Origin: an uncultured Candidatus Solibacter sp.
GTDB lineage: Bacteria > Acidobacteriota > Terriglobia > Bryobacterales > Bryobacteraceae
Direction: 5' to 3'
Assembly (NCBI GenBank): GCA_964558355.1
Contig: CAZLDN010000005.1
Coordinates: 10,818-74,817 of the forward strand
Length of the DNA stretch: 64,000 nucleotides
Position 1 is the stretch's first letter. Each line of letters starts with the position of its first letter. The position numbers were made by a program, and so were the translations under genes. The notes under the pieces are model-generated. The model ran no database searches. It was given only the letters and a program-made list of their open reading frames with translations, and was not told the DNA's origin. Below, piece after piece: positions 28,135-37,891 of this stretch.

Positions 28135-28581
28135 CTGACATCCTCGACCAACACGACTCTCAAGCGGCGCGCTACCGGTCGGACCTGCGACGCCGTGAGT
28201 GTTTTCCCCCTCCCCTGATGCAAGATTTCAACCGATTCCCTAAGGTTCCCACCCGATTGTCTCGATTAGTCAAATAACCCGAATATGAGCTAGAGACGTT
28301 CCAACCCCGACCGGCGGCGACTGTCTGTAGTCGAAAGTGAAGCCGTGGGGCGGGAAAGCCGGCACGGCGGGTCCAGAGGAGACCTGGATCTCCCGAGAAG
28401 CAACCCGCCGGACAGGGCCCGCCAGATCAGTGATCGCAACCTCATGGGGCGGAACGGGACGTCGTACGATGCTGTCCGGGCCGATTGGGAAGGAGCCTGG
28501 ATGAGGCCGGTCCATTTATGGACGATGGACGGCAGACCACGCCCGAGTGGCAGTTTGTGCCGGGTGGGAGGTAGAGGATAG

Positions 28582-29640
28582 ATGGCCGAGGCGACGTGGG
28601 TCACACCACAGGTAGCTCTTTCGGAGGCGATCACGGCGGCGAAGCTGGGGCAGATGGCCCTGGCTCGCCGGTTATTGAACGAGATCGTTGCCAAGGAACC
28701 CGAGAACGAGCGGGCATGGCTATGGATAGCCGGCCTGGCCGAAGACCGCCAGACGGCCTATGCGGCGCTGAATCGGGTCCTCGACATCAACCCCAGGAAT
28801 CAGCAGGCGATCAACGCGTTGTCCCTAGCGCGCCTTCAAGAGAGTGCGGCGCAAAGCAACCTGAGACCCGCGGCGGGAACCGTGCGTGGCGGAAATGGCG
28901 CCCAGCCCGAGGCCGCGGCGACGGCGGCCGTGCCGAGGACCGCAACCCACACCGAAAACACTTGGTCTTGCCCCTTGTGCATGACAGCGGCGGCCTTTCC
29001 GATGAGAAAGTGCCCGGCGTGCAAGGCGATTGTGGGCGTGGGGGTATTGGAGGATTACGCAGCCAACAAAGGGGTGAACGAAGAGCTGCTGCTCGATGCC
29101 GTCAGGCGATTTGAACTGAAGCTGAAGCAGGCCGACACGGTGGACACGCGCCTCAATCTGGCTCTTCTCTACCTGAACATGAACCGTTCGGCCGAGGCGC
29201 TGCCCCACATGAAAAAAGCCCTTTCGATGAACGGGAGCAACGCGGCGCTGGTACGGCTGACAGAAGCGCTGGCGGCGCGGAAGTTGGTGGTGGCGGTGGA
29301 CGACAGCCAAACGGTGCGCAAGATCGTCTCGATCACGCTGGAGCGGCTGGGCTACAGGGCGATGACGGCGAAAGAGGGGGTGGAAGCCCTTTCGATGGTG
29401 GCTGAAGCCAAACCCGACCTGATTCTGCTCGACATCACGATGCCGGGCATGGACGGCTACCAGGTGTGCAAGGCGATCAAGCAAAATCCCCTGACCAGGA
29501 AGATCCCGATCGTGATGCTGTCCGGCAAGGACGGCTTCTTCGACAAGGTGAAGGGCCGGCTGGCCGGCGCGACCGACTATATCACCAAGCCATTCCATGA
29601 GGCGACGCTGGCCGAAGCGGTAAGGAAGTACTCGGCATGA
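28582..29640 (+). CDS. Response regulator with an N-terminal TPR region, a CxxC-x10-CxxC zinc ribbon and a C-terminal REC domain (PilG/PixG position)
   Basis: TPR-like helices (aa 10-90). Zinc ribbon WSCPLCMTAAAFPMRKCPACKAIV. REC segment VAVDDSQTVRK...LILLDITMPGMDGYQVC...IVMLSGKDG...ITKPF. Confidence 0.85.
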   Translation: MAEATWVTPQVALSEAITAAKLGQMALARRLLNEIVAKEPENERAWLWIAGLAEDRQTAYAALNRVLDINPRNQQAINALSLARLQESAAQSNLRPAAGTVRGGNGAQPEAAATAAVPRTATHTENTWSCPLCMTAAAFPMRKCPACKAIVGVGVLEDYAANKGVNEELLLDAVRRFELKLKQADTVDTRLNLALLYLNMNRSAEALPHMKKALSMNGSNAALVRLTEALAARKLVVAVDDSQTVRKIVSITLERLGYRAMTAKEGVEALSMVAEAKPDLILLDITMPGMDGYQVCKAIKQNPLTRKIPIVMLSGKDGFFDKVKGRLAGATDYITKPFHEATLAEAVRKYSA

Positions 29641-29683
29641 AGAGGAGCCTCATACCGGTGTTTTGGTGTGGAGGAGAGTATTA

Positions 29684-30049
29684 ATGCAAAAACGCATCCT
29701 TCTCGTCGAGGATAGCCCGGCCTATATGCAGTTGATGCAGGAAGCGCTGGAAGCCAAGGGGTACGCGATCCTGACGGCCGAAGACGGCGAGGAAGCGCTT
29801 GAACAGGCCCGCCGCCACCGGCCGGACCTGATTCTGCTGGACGTCGTCCTGCCGAAGAAGAGCGGCTACCAAGTCTGCCGGCAGTTGAAGACGGAATCGG
29901 CGATGAAGACGATCCCGATCCTCATGGTCAGCAGCAAAACCCAGGACTTCGACCGCTATTGGGGATTGAAGCAGGGCGCCGACGGCTACATCACGAAGCC
30001 TTTTGAGCCGGGGCAACTGGTGGCGGAGGTCGAGTCGAGGCTTCAGTAG
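29684..30049 (+). CDS. Single-domain CheY-like response regulator (PilH/PixH position)
   Basis: Motifs ILLVEDSPAY, LILLDVVLPKKSGYQVC, ILMVSSK and ITKPF. SD GGAGGAG lies upstream of the ATG at 29684. Confidence 0.9.
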   Translation: MQKRILLVEDSPAYMQLMQEALEAKGYAILTAEDGEEALEQARRHRPDLILLDVVLPKKSGYQVCRQLKTESAMKTIPILMVSSKTQDFDRYWGLKQGADGYITKPFEPGQLVAEVESRLQ

Positions 30050-30069
30050 GAGTACTCGATCCAAGGAAA

Positions 30070-31563
30070 ATGATGATGCCGGAGCCGCGGGAACACGACA
30101 GCGACCTCGAACGCGGGCACATTCTCGACCTGCCCCTGGGCGGGTTGCTGTCCGAGTTGCTGGCATCCGAGGGTGTGGATCCGGCGGAGTTAGCTGAACC
30201 GGCGGCGGCGATGCAGGTAGCGGAGCCGTTGGCGGCAACGGAAGCGCCGGTGGAGGATTCCGGGCAGGAGAGCGTTTCGTGGCCGGACGCCGGCATCGCA
30301 ATGCCGGGGCTATTGGCGGACCTGATGAACCTGGCGGAGGCGGCCGGAGTAGACGAGTCCGATTTCGTTTGCGCAGCCGCCGGGCAAGCGTTGACGGAAC
30401 AGCCTCGGCCAGCAGTCGACGAACCGGCATCAGAACCGGTCGTGACGCAAGCAGCCGGCGCAGTTGAGCCGCTCCATGAAGCCGAGGAGAGCATGGAGCC
30501 TCAAGAGTTGGCGATTCCCGGGCTGCTCGCGCTGCTCGGAGCCGAGGATGAAACTGGGGAAGTGGCGGCGCCCGCGGCAGATGGGACTGCCGCATGGAAC
30601 GCCGAGGCCGTCGTGCCCGAGGCTGTGCCTGACGTTGACGCGTTTACCAGCGGCGGTCTTGACGAGGCCCCGATTGCCGAACCCGAGGCAATGCCGGTCC
30701 TGGAAGTGGAGACTGAGAGCGGCGTAGAGGAACCAACGTTCGAGGCCGGCGTCGATCTGGATTTGCTCGATTTTGATGAGGACAGGCCAGAGCCGGTTAA
30801 TCGGCATGGAGAGGGAGACAACCAGCAGGTTTCCGCCAGCCCGTCAGCCCCGGTGGGGTCCGATGAGCCAGAGGCGCCAGGGATGGTCCAGGCCATGGCT
30901 GACGAGGCGGACGCCGAGGCGGCCTACGAAGCGGCTGACGCTGCCGCCGCGCTCGCTCAGGCCGCGGGCAGTCTGGTGCGGGACCTCGATCCGAGTTTTG
31001 AGCAGTACAAACCGGCGGAGTTGGCCAGCCTGATCGAACGGATCGACCGGGAGATCGCGGCCGCGCCCTCCATATCCGCCGAGGTGGATGAGGCGGCCGA
31101 CCGGAACTACGAGAGGTTCGTCGTCTTCCGGCTGGGCGGAAACTCATACGGCCTGCACATGAAACTGGTGCGGGAGGTAGAGAAGGCCGGCCGGGTGACT
31201 GCGGTTCCAGGGGCGCCGGCGCTTCTATGCGGGTTGATCAACCTGCGCGGCGAGATATTGCCGCTAATCGATCCGAAGCCACTCTTAGGGCTGGAGCCGG
31301 CGGGATGGCCGCCCACTGGATACCTGGTTGTGGTGCAGGCGGGCGCGGAGGAGATGCCGGCGGCCTTGCTGGTGGACGAGTTGGGCGGCGTGGCGCTGGT
31401 CGATCCGGCAAGCGTCGCGGTCCCCATTGACGGCGCAGATTCGGATACGACGGTGGGCGAGCACTTTCTTGGGCAGGCTGATCACCGGGGACGGACGGTT
31501 CTGCTGTTGGACCACCGGCGGCTGTTGACGGCCGAGGCGCTGCTCGAGTCGGTGGAAGGCTGA
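30070..31563 (+). CDS. CheW-domain coupling protein with a 345-aa acidic N-terminal extension (PilI/PixI position)
   Basis: C-terminal CheW domain [55 protein letters not shown]. The N-terminal part is Glu/Asp/Ala/Pro-rich with three copies of a P-G-L-L-x2-L...E..G(V/E) motif. Confidence 0.82.
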   Translation: MMMPEPREHDSDLERGHILDLPLGGLLSELLASEGVDPAELAEPAAAMQVAEPLAATEAPVEDSGQESVSWPDAGIAMPGLLADLMNLAEAAGVDESDFVCAAAGQALTEQPRPAVDEPASEPVVTQAAGAVEPLHEAEESMEPQELAIPGLLALLGAEDETGEVAAPAADGTAAWNAEAVVPEAVPDVDAFTSGGLDEAPIAEPEAMPVLEVETESGVEEPTFEAGVDLDLLDFDEDRPEPVNRHGEGDNQQVSASPSAPVGSDEPEAPGMVQAMADEADAEAAYEAADAAAALAQAAGSLVRDLDPSFEQYKPAELASLIERIDREIAAAPSISAEVDEAADRNYERFVVFRLGGNSYGLHMKLVREVEKAGRVTAVPGAPALLCGLINLRGEILPLIDPKPLLGLEPAGWPPTGYLVVVQAGAEEMPAALLVDELGGVALVDPASVAVPIDGADSDTTVGEHFLGQADHRGRTVLLLDHRRLLTAEALLESVEG

Positions 31564-31589
31564 GGTATGGAGTTGGAGGAGGCCGGAAG

Positions 31590-33803
31590 ATGATTCGCAA
31601 CATGAAGATCTGGCAGAAGCTGGTTCTCGCCGGAGCGCTGGCGGTGATCCCGGTGGTGATGTTGACAGTTCTGTTCCTGCAGAGCCGCAACGAGCAGATC
31701 ACTCGCACTGAGGCGGAATTGGCCGGTCTTGAGTATGTGACGCCGATGCGTCAGTTGCTCGAACGGCTGCCGCAGCACCGCAGCGCGGCGAGCGCGTTTC
31801 TGAGTGGCGACGCGAGCGTGGGGCCGATGCTGATGAACGTGCAGGCCCAGGTGGACAGCGCAGTGGGAGTGCTGACCCAGATTGAGGAGCGCCGCGGGAG
31901 GGGGCTGGGCACGACGGCGTCATGGGATTCGATCCGCGTCCGGTGGCAGGATCTTGCGCAGCGCGTGAGATCGCTGAGCCCGGAGGAGAGCAACACGCGC
32001 CACACCGCTTTGCTGGCCGACGTGCTGGCTCACCTGCGGCGGGTGGGCGACAAGACGGGGCTTACGGCGGATCCGGACCTTGACGCTTTCTATCTCTCCG
32101 ACAGCATCCTGAACCAGATCCCGTGGACGGCGGAGTATCTCGGACAGCTTGCGACGCAGGGATCGGGCATTGCGGCAAGGCAGGCGATGACGGCCGAGGA
32201 AGAGGCGCAAGTGCGTTTCCTGGTACGGCAGGTGAGCACGTCGATGGAGTTCATGGACAGGAACTTCGAATCGGTGTTCCGCTACAACGAGGACCTGCGG
32301 AGAGAGCTGGACGGGCCGGTTTCGACGGCCATGAACTCGGCTGGTTACTTGAGGAATCTGTCGCAGAGGGAACTGCTGGAGAGGCCGGATCTCAGAGCGC
32401 AGCCGCGCGCCTACCTGGAGAACGGTTCGGCGACCGTGGAGAAGTTGTTCAAGTTGCACGAGATGGCGACGGTTCACCTCCGGACTCTTCTCGAACGCCG
32501 GATGGCCAGGCTGACCGAACAGAAGTGGACGCAGTTGAGCTGGGCGCTGGGCCTGTTGCTGCTGGCTGGCGTGCTGGTGTTCGTCATCCAGAAAGGGATC
32601 ACGGAGCAGGTGCGGTCGATGAGCGAGACGTTCCGGCAGATCAGCCGCGGCGATTACGACGCGCGCGCCGAGATCCACAGCCGCGACGAGCTTGGCCAGA
32701 TGGCCGAGACGACGAACGTGATGCTGGCCAATACGCTCTCGCTGATTCAATCGCGGGAAGAGCGCGACCGGATCCAGGCCAGCATCCGCAAGCTGCTGGA
32801 CGACGTGAGCGGCGTGGCCGAAGGCGACTTGACCAAGGAAGCCGAAGTGACAGCCGAGATGACCGGCGCCATCGCCGACGCCATCAACTGCATGCTGGGA
32901 GAATTGAGGACCATCATCGGCGCCGTTCAGAGTACGACGGCGAACGTAAACTGGTCGGCACAGAAAGTCCAGCATGTCACCGAGGATCTGGCCGGCAGCA
33001 GCCAGGAGCAGTCGGAGCGGGTGCGGGCGGCGTCGCAGGTATTGCAGTCGATGGCGCAATCGATCCGGGATGTCGCGGCGCGGGCCAACGAGGCGGCGAA
33101 CGTCGCCGACCGGGCGCTATCGGGCGCTCTTGCGGGTGGCGAGGCGGTGCGCAGGACGGTGGAAGGGATGGCCGGCATCCGCCAGCACGTCCAGGAGACG
33201 GCGAAGCGCATGAAGCGGCTGGGCGAAAGTTCGCAGGAGATCGGTGAGATCGTGCAGTTGATTTCGGACATCTCTGACCGTACGTCGATCCTTGCCCTGA
33301 ACGCCTCGATTCAGGCTGCCATGGCGGGCGAAGCCGGCAAAGGATTTGCCGTGGTTGCCGAGGAAGTCGAGCGGCTGGCTGAGCGGGCATCGGAGGCGAC
33401 CAAACGAATCACGGTGCTGATCAAGTCGGTCCAGACTGAAACCAACGAAGCGATTTCGGCGATGGAAGCGACGACGCGCGAAGTGGTTGAGGGGTCGCAT
33501 GTCGCCGGCGAGGCGGGCGAACGGTTGGCGCAGATCGAGGAGGTCTCGAGGCAGATCACGGGCATGGTGAAAGAGATTTCGGCAGTGTCCCGTGAGCAGG
33601 CCGCGGGTTCGGACCAGGTGGCGTCCTCGGTCTCCGAGGTGTCGCAGGCGACGCAATCGACGGCCGATGCGGCGTTGCGCGCCGCATCGGATATCCGCAA
33701 CCTGGCGACGATGGTCACGGAGTTGAACCACTCGCTGTCGCGGTTCCGGGTTCCGCACGATGAGAGCCGGAGCGCGGTGCAATCCGCCGCGGTTCAGGTC
33801 TAG
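31590..33803 (+). CDS. Methyl-accepting chemotaxis protein (PilJ/PixJ position) with a helical periplasmic sensor of about 290 aa
   Basis: Two TM segments and a HAMP domain. Signalling hairpin [37 protein letters not shown]. Periplasmic motif [19 protein letters not shown] resembles the NIT/PilJ-N type. Confidence 0.92.
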   Translation: MIRNMKIWQKLVLAGALAVIPVVMLTVLFLQSRNEQITRTEAELAGLEYVTPMRQLLERLPQHRSAASAFLSGDASVGPMLMNVQAQVDSAVGVLTQIEERRGRGLGTTASWDSIRVRWQDLAQRVRSLSPEESNTRHTALLADVLAHLRRVGDKTGLTADPDLDAFYLSDSILNQIPWTAEYLGQLATQGSGIAARQAMTAEEEAQVRFLVRQVSTSMEFMDRNFESVFRYNEDLRRELDGPVSTAMNSAGYLRNLSQRELLERPDLRAQPRAYLENGSATVEKLFKLHEMATVHLRTLLERRMARLTEQKWTQLSWALGLLLLAGVLVFVIQKGITEQVRSMSETFRQISRGDYDARAEIHSRDELGQMAETTNVMLANTLSLIQSREERDRIQASIRKLLDDVSGVAEGDLTKEAEVTAEMTGAIADAINCMLGELRTIIGAVQSTTANVNWSAQKVQHVTEDLAGSSQEQSERVRAASQVLQSMAQSIRDVAARANEAANVADRALSGALAGGEAVRRTVEGMAGIRQHVQETAKRMKRLGESSQEIGEIVQLISDISDRTSILALNASIQAAMAGEAGKGFAVVAEEVERLAERASEATKRITVLIKSVQTETNEAISAMEATTREVVEGSHVAGEAGERLAQIEEVSRQITGMVKEISAVSREQAAGSDQVASSVSEVSQATQSTADAALRAASDIRNLATMVTELNHSLSRFRVPHDESRSAVQSAAVQV

Positions 33804-33832
33804 ACGGCGGCTCTGGAGAAGGAGAACGCGGG

Positions 33833-36800
33833 ATGGCAGGCACCACCGATCAGGGCATCCTCCAAACCTTTCTCGGAGAGGTGCGCGGGCACATGCCGGC
33901 GCTGGAGCGCGAAGCCGCGCGGCTGCATCAAGGCGGCGCGGGGCAGGAGGCGCTGGCGGAGGTGAGGCGGTTGGCGCACACGATCCGAGGCGCGAGCGAG
34001 ATGGTCGGGTTGGTCCAACTGGCGGCGGCGGCGCGCGGCGTGGAAGCACTGGCCGTGTCCCAGAGCATGGATGGTTCGATTGAAGTAGAGGCGATGGAGC
34101 GGCTGGAACAAGGCATCGGTTCAATGCGCATTGAACTGGACGGGTTAGAGGGCGCGGGCCCGATGACAGGCCAGCCGGGCCGCGAGGCGGCGCCGGACTT
34201 CGCAGGCAACAGGCCTGACGAGATAGATGAGGAGATCTATACGGCCTTCTCCAGCGAGGCCGAGCAACTGCTCGATTCGATCCGGAGCCAGCTTGGGAAG
34301 TTGACAGAGCCCGGTTCCGGCCAGGCCGCGGCGATGGACGCGCTTCGTCACGCCGTGCACACGCTGAAGGGGGCGGCAGGCATGGCTGGCCTGGGGAGCG
34401 TATCCGGCTTGGCTCACCGGATGGAGGACGTGCTTGGACTGATCGAATCGGGGCGGCTGCCGGCTGAACCCGAGATCGTCGAAATCCTCGTGTCGGCCCA
34501 CGACCTGCTGGGCGACCTTGTCGCGGCGAGAGGATTGAGCGGGCCTCTTCAGGAGGCCTTCGCGGCACTCAGGGACCAATTCGACCTGCTCGAATCGCTC
34601 GCGGCTGAATCCATGGCCGTGCCAGCGCCCGCTCCGGAAGACGCTGGTTTCGCGGAAATCGAAGAAACAGACGACACGCTGATCGAGACATTTCTGAGCG
34701 AGGCGGAAGCCCACATGCTGGCTGCGGGCGACGCTTTTCGCGCCCTGGCAGCCGAGCCGGGCGGGCCCGATCATCTGCTGGCGGCGCTGCGGCGTTCGGC
34801 GCACACCATCAAGGGCGCGGCGGGGATGGTTGGGCTGATGGCCGCGTCGCGGCTGGCCAAGGGCATGCAGACGCTGCTGGACCGCGTTGCCGAGCGGGCG
34901 GTTTCTTACACGCCGGCAGTCTATGAGTTGCTGGGGGACGGCTTCGATCTGCTGGCCGACGTGATCGAGGCAAGGGGGAAGAACGGGCCGCTGCTCGATC
35001 GGTTGACGGCGATCCTGCCCCGGTTGGATGAGGCGATGAGCGGACCGCGACAGGGAGCGGAGCCGTCTTTGGGCTCGGGAGAGGGCAGGGAGAAGGGTGA
35101 TGCGGCGGGAGCGAAGCAAGGCGCTTTACCGCTTGGGGCGCTGCATGTCTCCGATTCCGGCCAGCAGATGGTACGCGTGCCGATGGACCGGCTGGCAGGA
35201 GTGAGCCGGCTGGTGGGCGAGGTCTTTCTAAACGCGTCGGCGTTCGAACAGCAGGGGTCGGCGTTCAAGAGAGAGATGGACGAGCTGTCGTTGAACCTCT
35301 CCCGGATGCGGCGAATCTCGGCGGCTCTGGCCGAAGAGCAGATCGCAGAGGGAGATGCCCGGCAGGCGGGGACGGCGCCGGCTTCCGGATCGGCTGCTGA
35401 GTTCGACGTGCTCGAGTTTGACCGCTACTCGCGGCTGCATCTTTTGTCGCGGGATCTTGCCGAGGCGACCAACGATCTGTCGGCGCTCAGCACCCAGTTG
35501 AATGCGATGCGGGCGCAACTGGACTCCTGGGCGGGCCGTCAGCGGGGCTTGAGCGGCGAAGCTCAGGACAAACTTATGCGGATGCGCCTGGTCCCGCTTT
35601 CGACTCTGGCCAACCGGCTGAACCGGACCGTGAGGGCGAGCGCGGCGAAGACGGGCAAACAGGCGGCGCTGACGCTGGTTGGCATGGAGACGGAGTTCGA
35701 CAAGGCCGTCGCGGAGCAGTTGTCTGGCCCCCTCGAACACCTCTTGCGCAACGCCGTGGATCACGGCATCGAGGCGCCAGAGGCCAGGGTGGCCGCAGGC
35801 AAGCCGCCGGTCGGCTCCATCCGGCTGGAAGCATTGCATCAGGGCGCGCACCTCATCATCCGGCTTTCGGACGACGGTGCGGGACTCGACCATGAGCGGA
35901 TCCGGAGGCAAGCCGTGAAACTCGGCTGGCTGGCGGAAGAACCGGCCTCGGCTCTGGGTCGCGAAGAGATCGAAAAGCTGATCCTCGAGCCGGGGTTCTC
36001 GACGGCGGAGTCACTCAGCGAGATCTCCGGCCGTGGGGTCGGTCTGGATATTGTCGCCGCTTCGGTGGAAGCGCTACGCGGACGTCTGAGCGTTCAGAGC
36101 ACCGCGGGGGAGGGGACTGAGTTCACGTTGCGCCTGCCCGTCTCGCTCGCCGTGGCCAAGACGATGATCGTGGAGACGGCAGGCAACCGGTTCGCCCTCC
36201 CGATGGTGGCCTTCACGCGCGCGCTGCGGGTGCAGAACGAAGAGTTGGAAGTGCGCGACGGGCAGCCTGGGATTGAACTCGCCGACGGCTGGATTCCCGT
36301 GCTGTACCTGGCAAGATGGCTGGGTATCCCTGAGGCCGCGGAGGCCGCGGACCGTTTCACGCTGCTCTTTGTCGACAACGGGGAGCGTGAAATCGCACTG
36401 GCGGTGGACCGGGTTGTCGAGGCGCGTGAAGTTGTCGTCAAACCGCTGAGCAAACTTCTGCGGCGGCAGACCAATTTCTCGGGAGCCACAATCCTCGGTG
36501 ACGGATCGGTTGTTCTCATCCTGAACAGTTCCTCGCTCGATGTAAGTGCGGCGGAGAAGCCGCTGGCGGCCGCGGGCAGAGTCCAAAAGCCGGCTGACCC
36601 GCTGACGGTTCTGGTGGTGGACGATTCGATTTCAGTCCGCCGGTCGGTGGCGAATCTGATGAAGTCGGCCGGTTGGCAGGTGGTGACGGCACGCGACGGG
36701 CTTGAAGGGCTGGAACATATGCAGGACAACAGCAGCAGGCCGAACCTGGTGCTGATGGATATTGAGATGCCGCGGATGGATGGATATGAACTTGCTTCCC

Positions 36801-36994
36801 GGCTGCGGTCATCGCCTGAGTACGACGGCGTGCCCATCATCATGCTGACCTCACGCGCGGGTGAGAAGCACAGGCTGAAGGCGGCCGGAATCGGCGTGGA
36901 CGGTTATCTGGTGAAGCCCTGTCCCGACGATGTCCTCCTCGAAGCGGTTTCCAGATGCATGGCCGGCGGCCGCCGGTCGAGGATGGCGTCATGA
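33833..36994 (+). CDS. Hybrid CheA-type histidine kinase with three Hpt domains, a CheW-like domain and a C-terminal receiver (ChpA/PilL-like)
   Basis: Hpt His boxes AHTIRGASEMVG, VHTLKGAAGMAG and AHTIKGAAGMVG. N box LEHLLRNAVDHGIE. G boxes DDGAGLD and GRGVGLDIV. CheW-like region. REC segment VLVVDDSISVRR...LVLMDIEMPRMDGYEL...IIMLTSR...LVKP. Confidence 0.93.
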   Translation: MAGTTDQGILQTFLGEVRGHMPALEREAARLHQGGAGQEALAEVRRLAHTIRGASEMVGLVQLAAAARGVEALAVSQSMDGSIEVEAMERLEQGIGSMRIELDGLEGAGPMTGQPGREAAPDFAGNRPDEIDEEIYTAFSSEAEQLLDSIRSQLGKLTEPGSGQAAAMDALRHAVHTLKGAAGMAGLGSVSGLAHRMEDVLGLIESGRLPAEPEIVEILVSAHDLLGDLVAARGLSGPLQEAFAALRDQFDLLESLAAESMAVPAPAPEDAGFAEIEETDDTLIETFLSEAEAHMLAAGDAFRALAAEPGGPDHLLAALRRSAHTIKGAAGMVGLMAASRLAKGMQTLLDRVAERAVSYTPAVYELLGDGFDLLADVIEARGKNGPLLDRLTAILPRLDEAMSGPRQGAEPSLGSGEGREKGDAAGAKQGALPLGALHVSDSGQQMVRVPMDRLAGVSRLVGEVFLNASAFEQQGSAFKREMDELSLNLSRMRRISAALAEEQIAEGDARQAGTAPASGSAAEFDVLEFDRYSRLHLLSRDLAEATNDLSALSTQLNAMRAQLDSWAGRQRGLSGEAQDKLMRMRLVPLSTLANRLNRTVRASAAKTGKQAALTLVGMETEFDKAVAEQLSGPLEHLLRNAVDHGIEAPEARVAAGKPPVGSIRLEALHQGAHLIIRLSDDGAGLDHERIRRQAVKLGWLAEEPASALGREEIEKLILEPGFSTAESLSEISGRGVGLDIVAASVEALRGRLSVQSTAGEGTEFTLRLPVSLAVAKTMIVETAGNRFALPMVAFTRALRVQNEELEVRDGQPGIELADGWIPVLYLARWLGIPEAAEAADRFTLLFVDNGEREIALAVDRVVEAREVVVKPLSKLLRRQTNFSGATILGDGSVVLILNSSSLDVSAAEKPLAAAGRVQKPADPLTVLVVDDSISVRRSVANLMKSAGWQVVTARDGLEGLEHMQDNSSRPNLVLMDIEMPRMDGYELASRLRSSPEYDGVPIIMLTSRAGEKHRLKAAGIGVDGYLVKPCPDDVLLEAVSRCMAGGRRSRMAS

Positions 36995-37524
36995 TGCAGA
37001 CCGATGAGAAACAAAGGAATCCCGTTCTGCGCGTAGCGGCAGACCAGCCGGGCCAGTTCGCCCGGGCTCTTGTGTTCCGATTGCCGGGCATCCCGTTGCA
37101 GAGAATCGTTGTTGCTGTTAGCGCGAGACAGCTGATGGGGGTGCAGCCGGCGGAGTCATTCGTTCCCTGGCCGGCCGATCCGCCGCGCTGGCTGGGTGTC
37201 ATCCAATGGAATGGAAGGCAGGTTCCGGTGGTCGATCTGGCAGCCTGCTTCGGGCTGGGCAGTTCAGATTACCGGATGGCGAGACGGTTGGTGTTTCTGC
37301 GTTGCGCCCGGAAGGGTGCGGTGGTTTCTGTCCCGTCAATGGGTGAAGTGGCGCAGATTGAGCACACCGACGTAGTCCGGCCGGTCTCGAAGGAGTTGAA
37401 CCTGCCGAGGGAGTTCACTCGCGGAGTCTTCCACTTCGGTACGGAACTTCTGCTTGTTCCCGACCTCGACGCTATTTGGGAGCAGGCGCTGGAGCCTGCC
37501 GCCAGCGCCGCCAGGCGCACCTGA
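36991..37524 (+). CDS. Second, divergent CheW-like protein, translationally coupled to cheA
   Basis: The ATG overlaps the cheA stop (ATGA, 36991-36994). CheW-like pattern LVFRLPGIPLQRIVVAVSARQLMGV...WLGVIQWNGRQVPVVDLAACFG. Confidence 0.68.
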   Translation: MMQTDEKQRNPVLRVAADQPGQFARALVFRLPGIPLQRIVVAVSARQLMGVQPAESFVPWPADPPRWLGVIQWNGRQVPVVDLAACFGLGSSDYRMARRLVFLRCARKGAVVSVPSMGEVAQIEHTDVVRPVSKELNLPREFTRGVFHFGTELLLVPDLDAIWEQALEPAASAARRT

Positions 37525-37540
37525 CCCGGATTGGCCGGCA

Positions 37541-37876
37541 TCACTCCGGTGAGATGGGCATGTTGGTCAGCCAGTGGAGAAACAGCGCCAGCAAAGCGGC
37601 CCCACCGAGCCAGACGAGCAAGGTCCGTCCCAGATGACGGCCCTGCTGGTCCTTCCGCATGCGGCGCAGCCTGCGCCGGACTGCGGATCTTAGGTTGCCT
37701 GATCGGGTGAACAGGCCGGAGCGGACAGGGAACCGTTCACGGCATTGACGGCAGCGGTAGGCGCGCTTCAGCCGCACCGCAAGAAGCAGATCCCCCATCC
37801 TGAACCGCTTTGATGGGCGGACCCGCACGCTCCCACACGCGGGACATGCGATCTTCTGGCCGTCATCTTCGATCAT
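37541..37876 (-). CDS. Small zinc-ribbon protein with a C-terminal TM helix, last gene of the polysaccharide-export operon
   Basis: CPACGSVRVRP...YRCRQCRERF (two CxxC pairs), an Arg-rich linker, and TM segment LLVWLGGAALLALFLHWL. Confidence 0.5.
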   Translation of the reverse strand: MIEDDGQKIACPACGSVRVRPSKRFRMGDLLLAVRLKRAYRCRQCRERFPVRSGLFTRSGNLRSAVRRRLRRMRKDQQGRHLGRTLLVWLGGAALLALFLHWLTNMPISPE

Positions 37877-37891
37877 GGCTACCGTCGGCTG

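Noticed and set aside
28345-28581. 78-aa ORF ending immediately before the first che-operon gene
   Set aside because: It has a GTG start without an SD. Its product is Arg/Gly-rich and uses many AGA/AGG/GGA codons that real genes here avoid. The region is treated as a non-coding leader instead.
28103-28581. Possible known structured RNA (RNase P, tmRNA, SRP, TPP or c-di-GMP-I riboswitch) in the long leader
   Set aside because: The diagnostic motifs are absent: GGAAAGTCCGG, the tRNA-like 3' end, the SRP GGAA/AGCA loop, CTGAGA...ACCTGATCTGG, and GCAAA...ACGCAAAGCC. Only loose resemblances such as GGGAAAGCCGG were seen.
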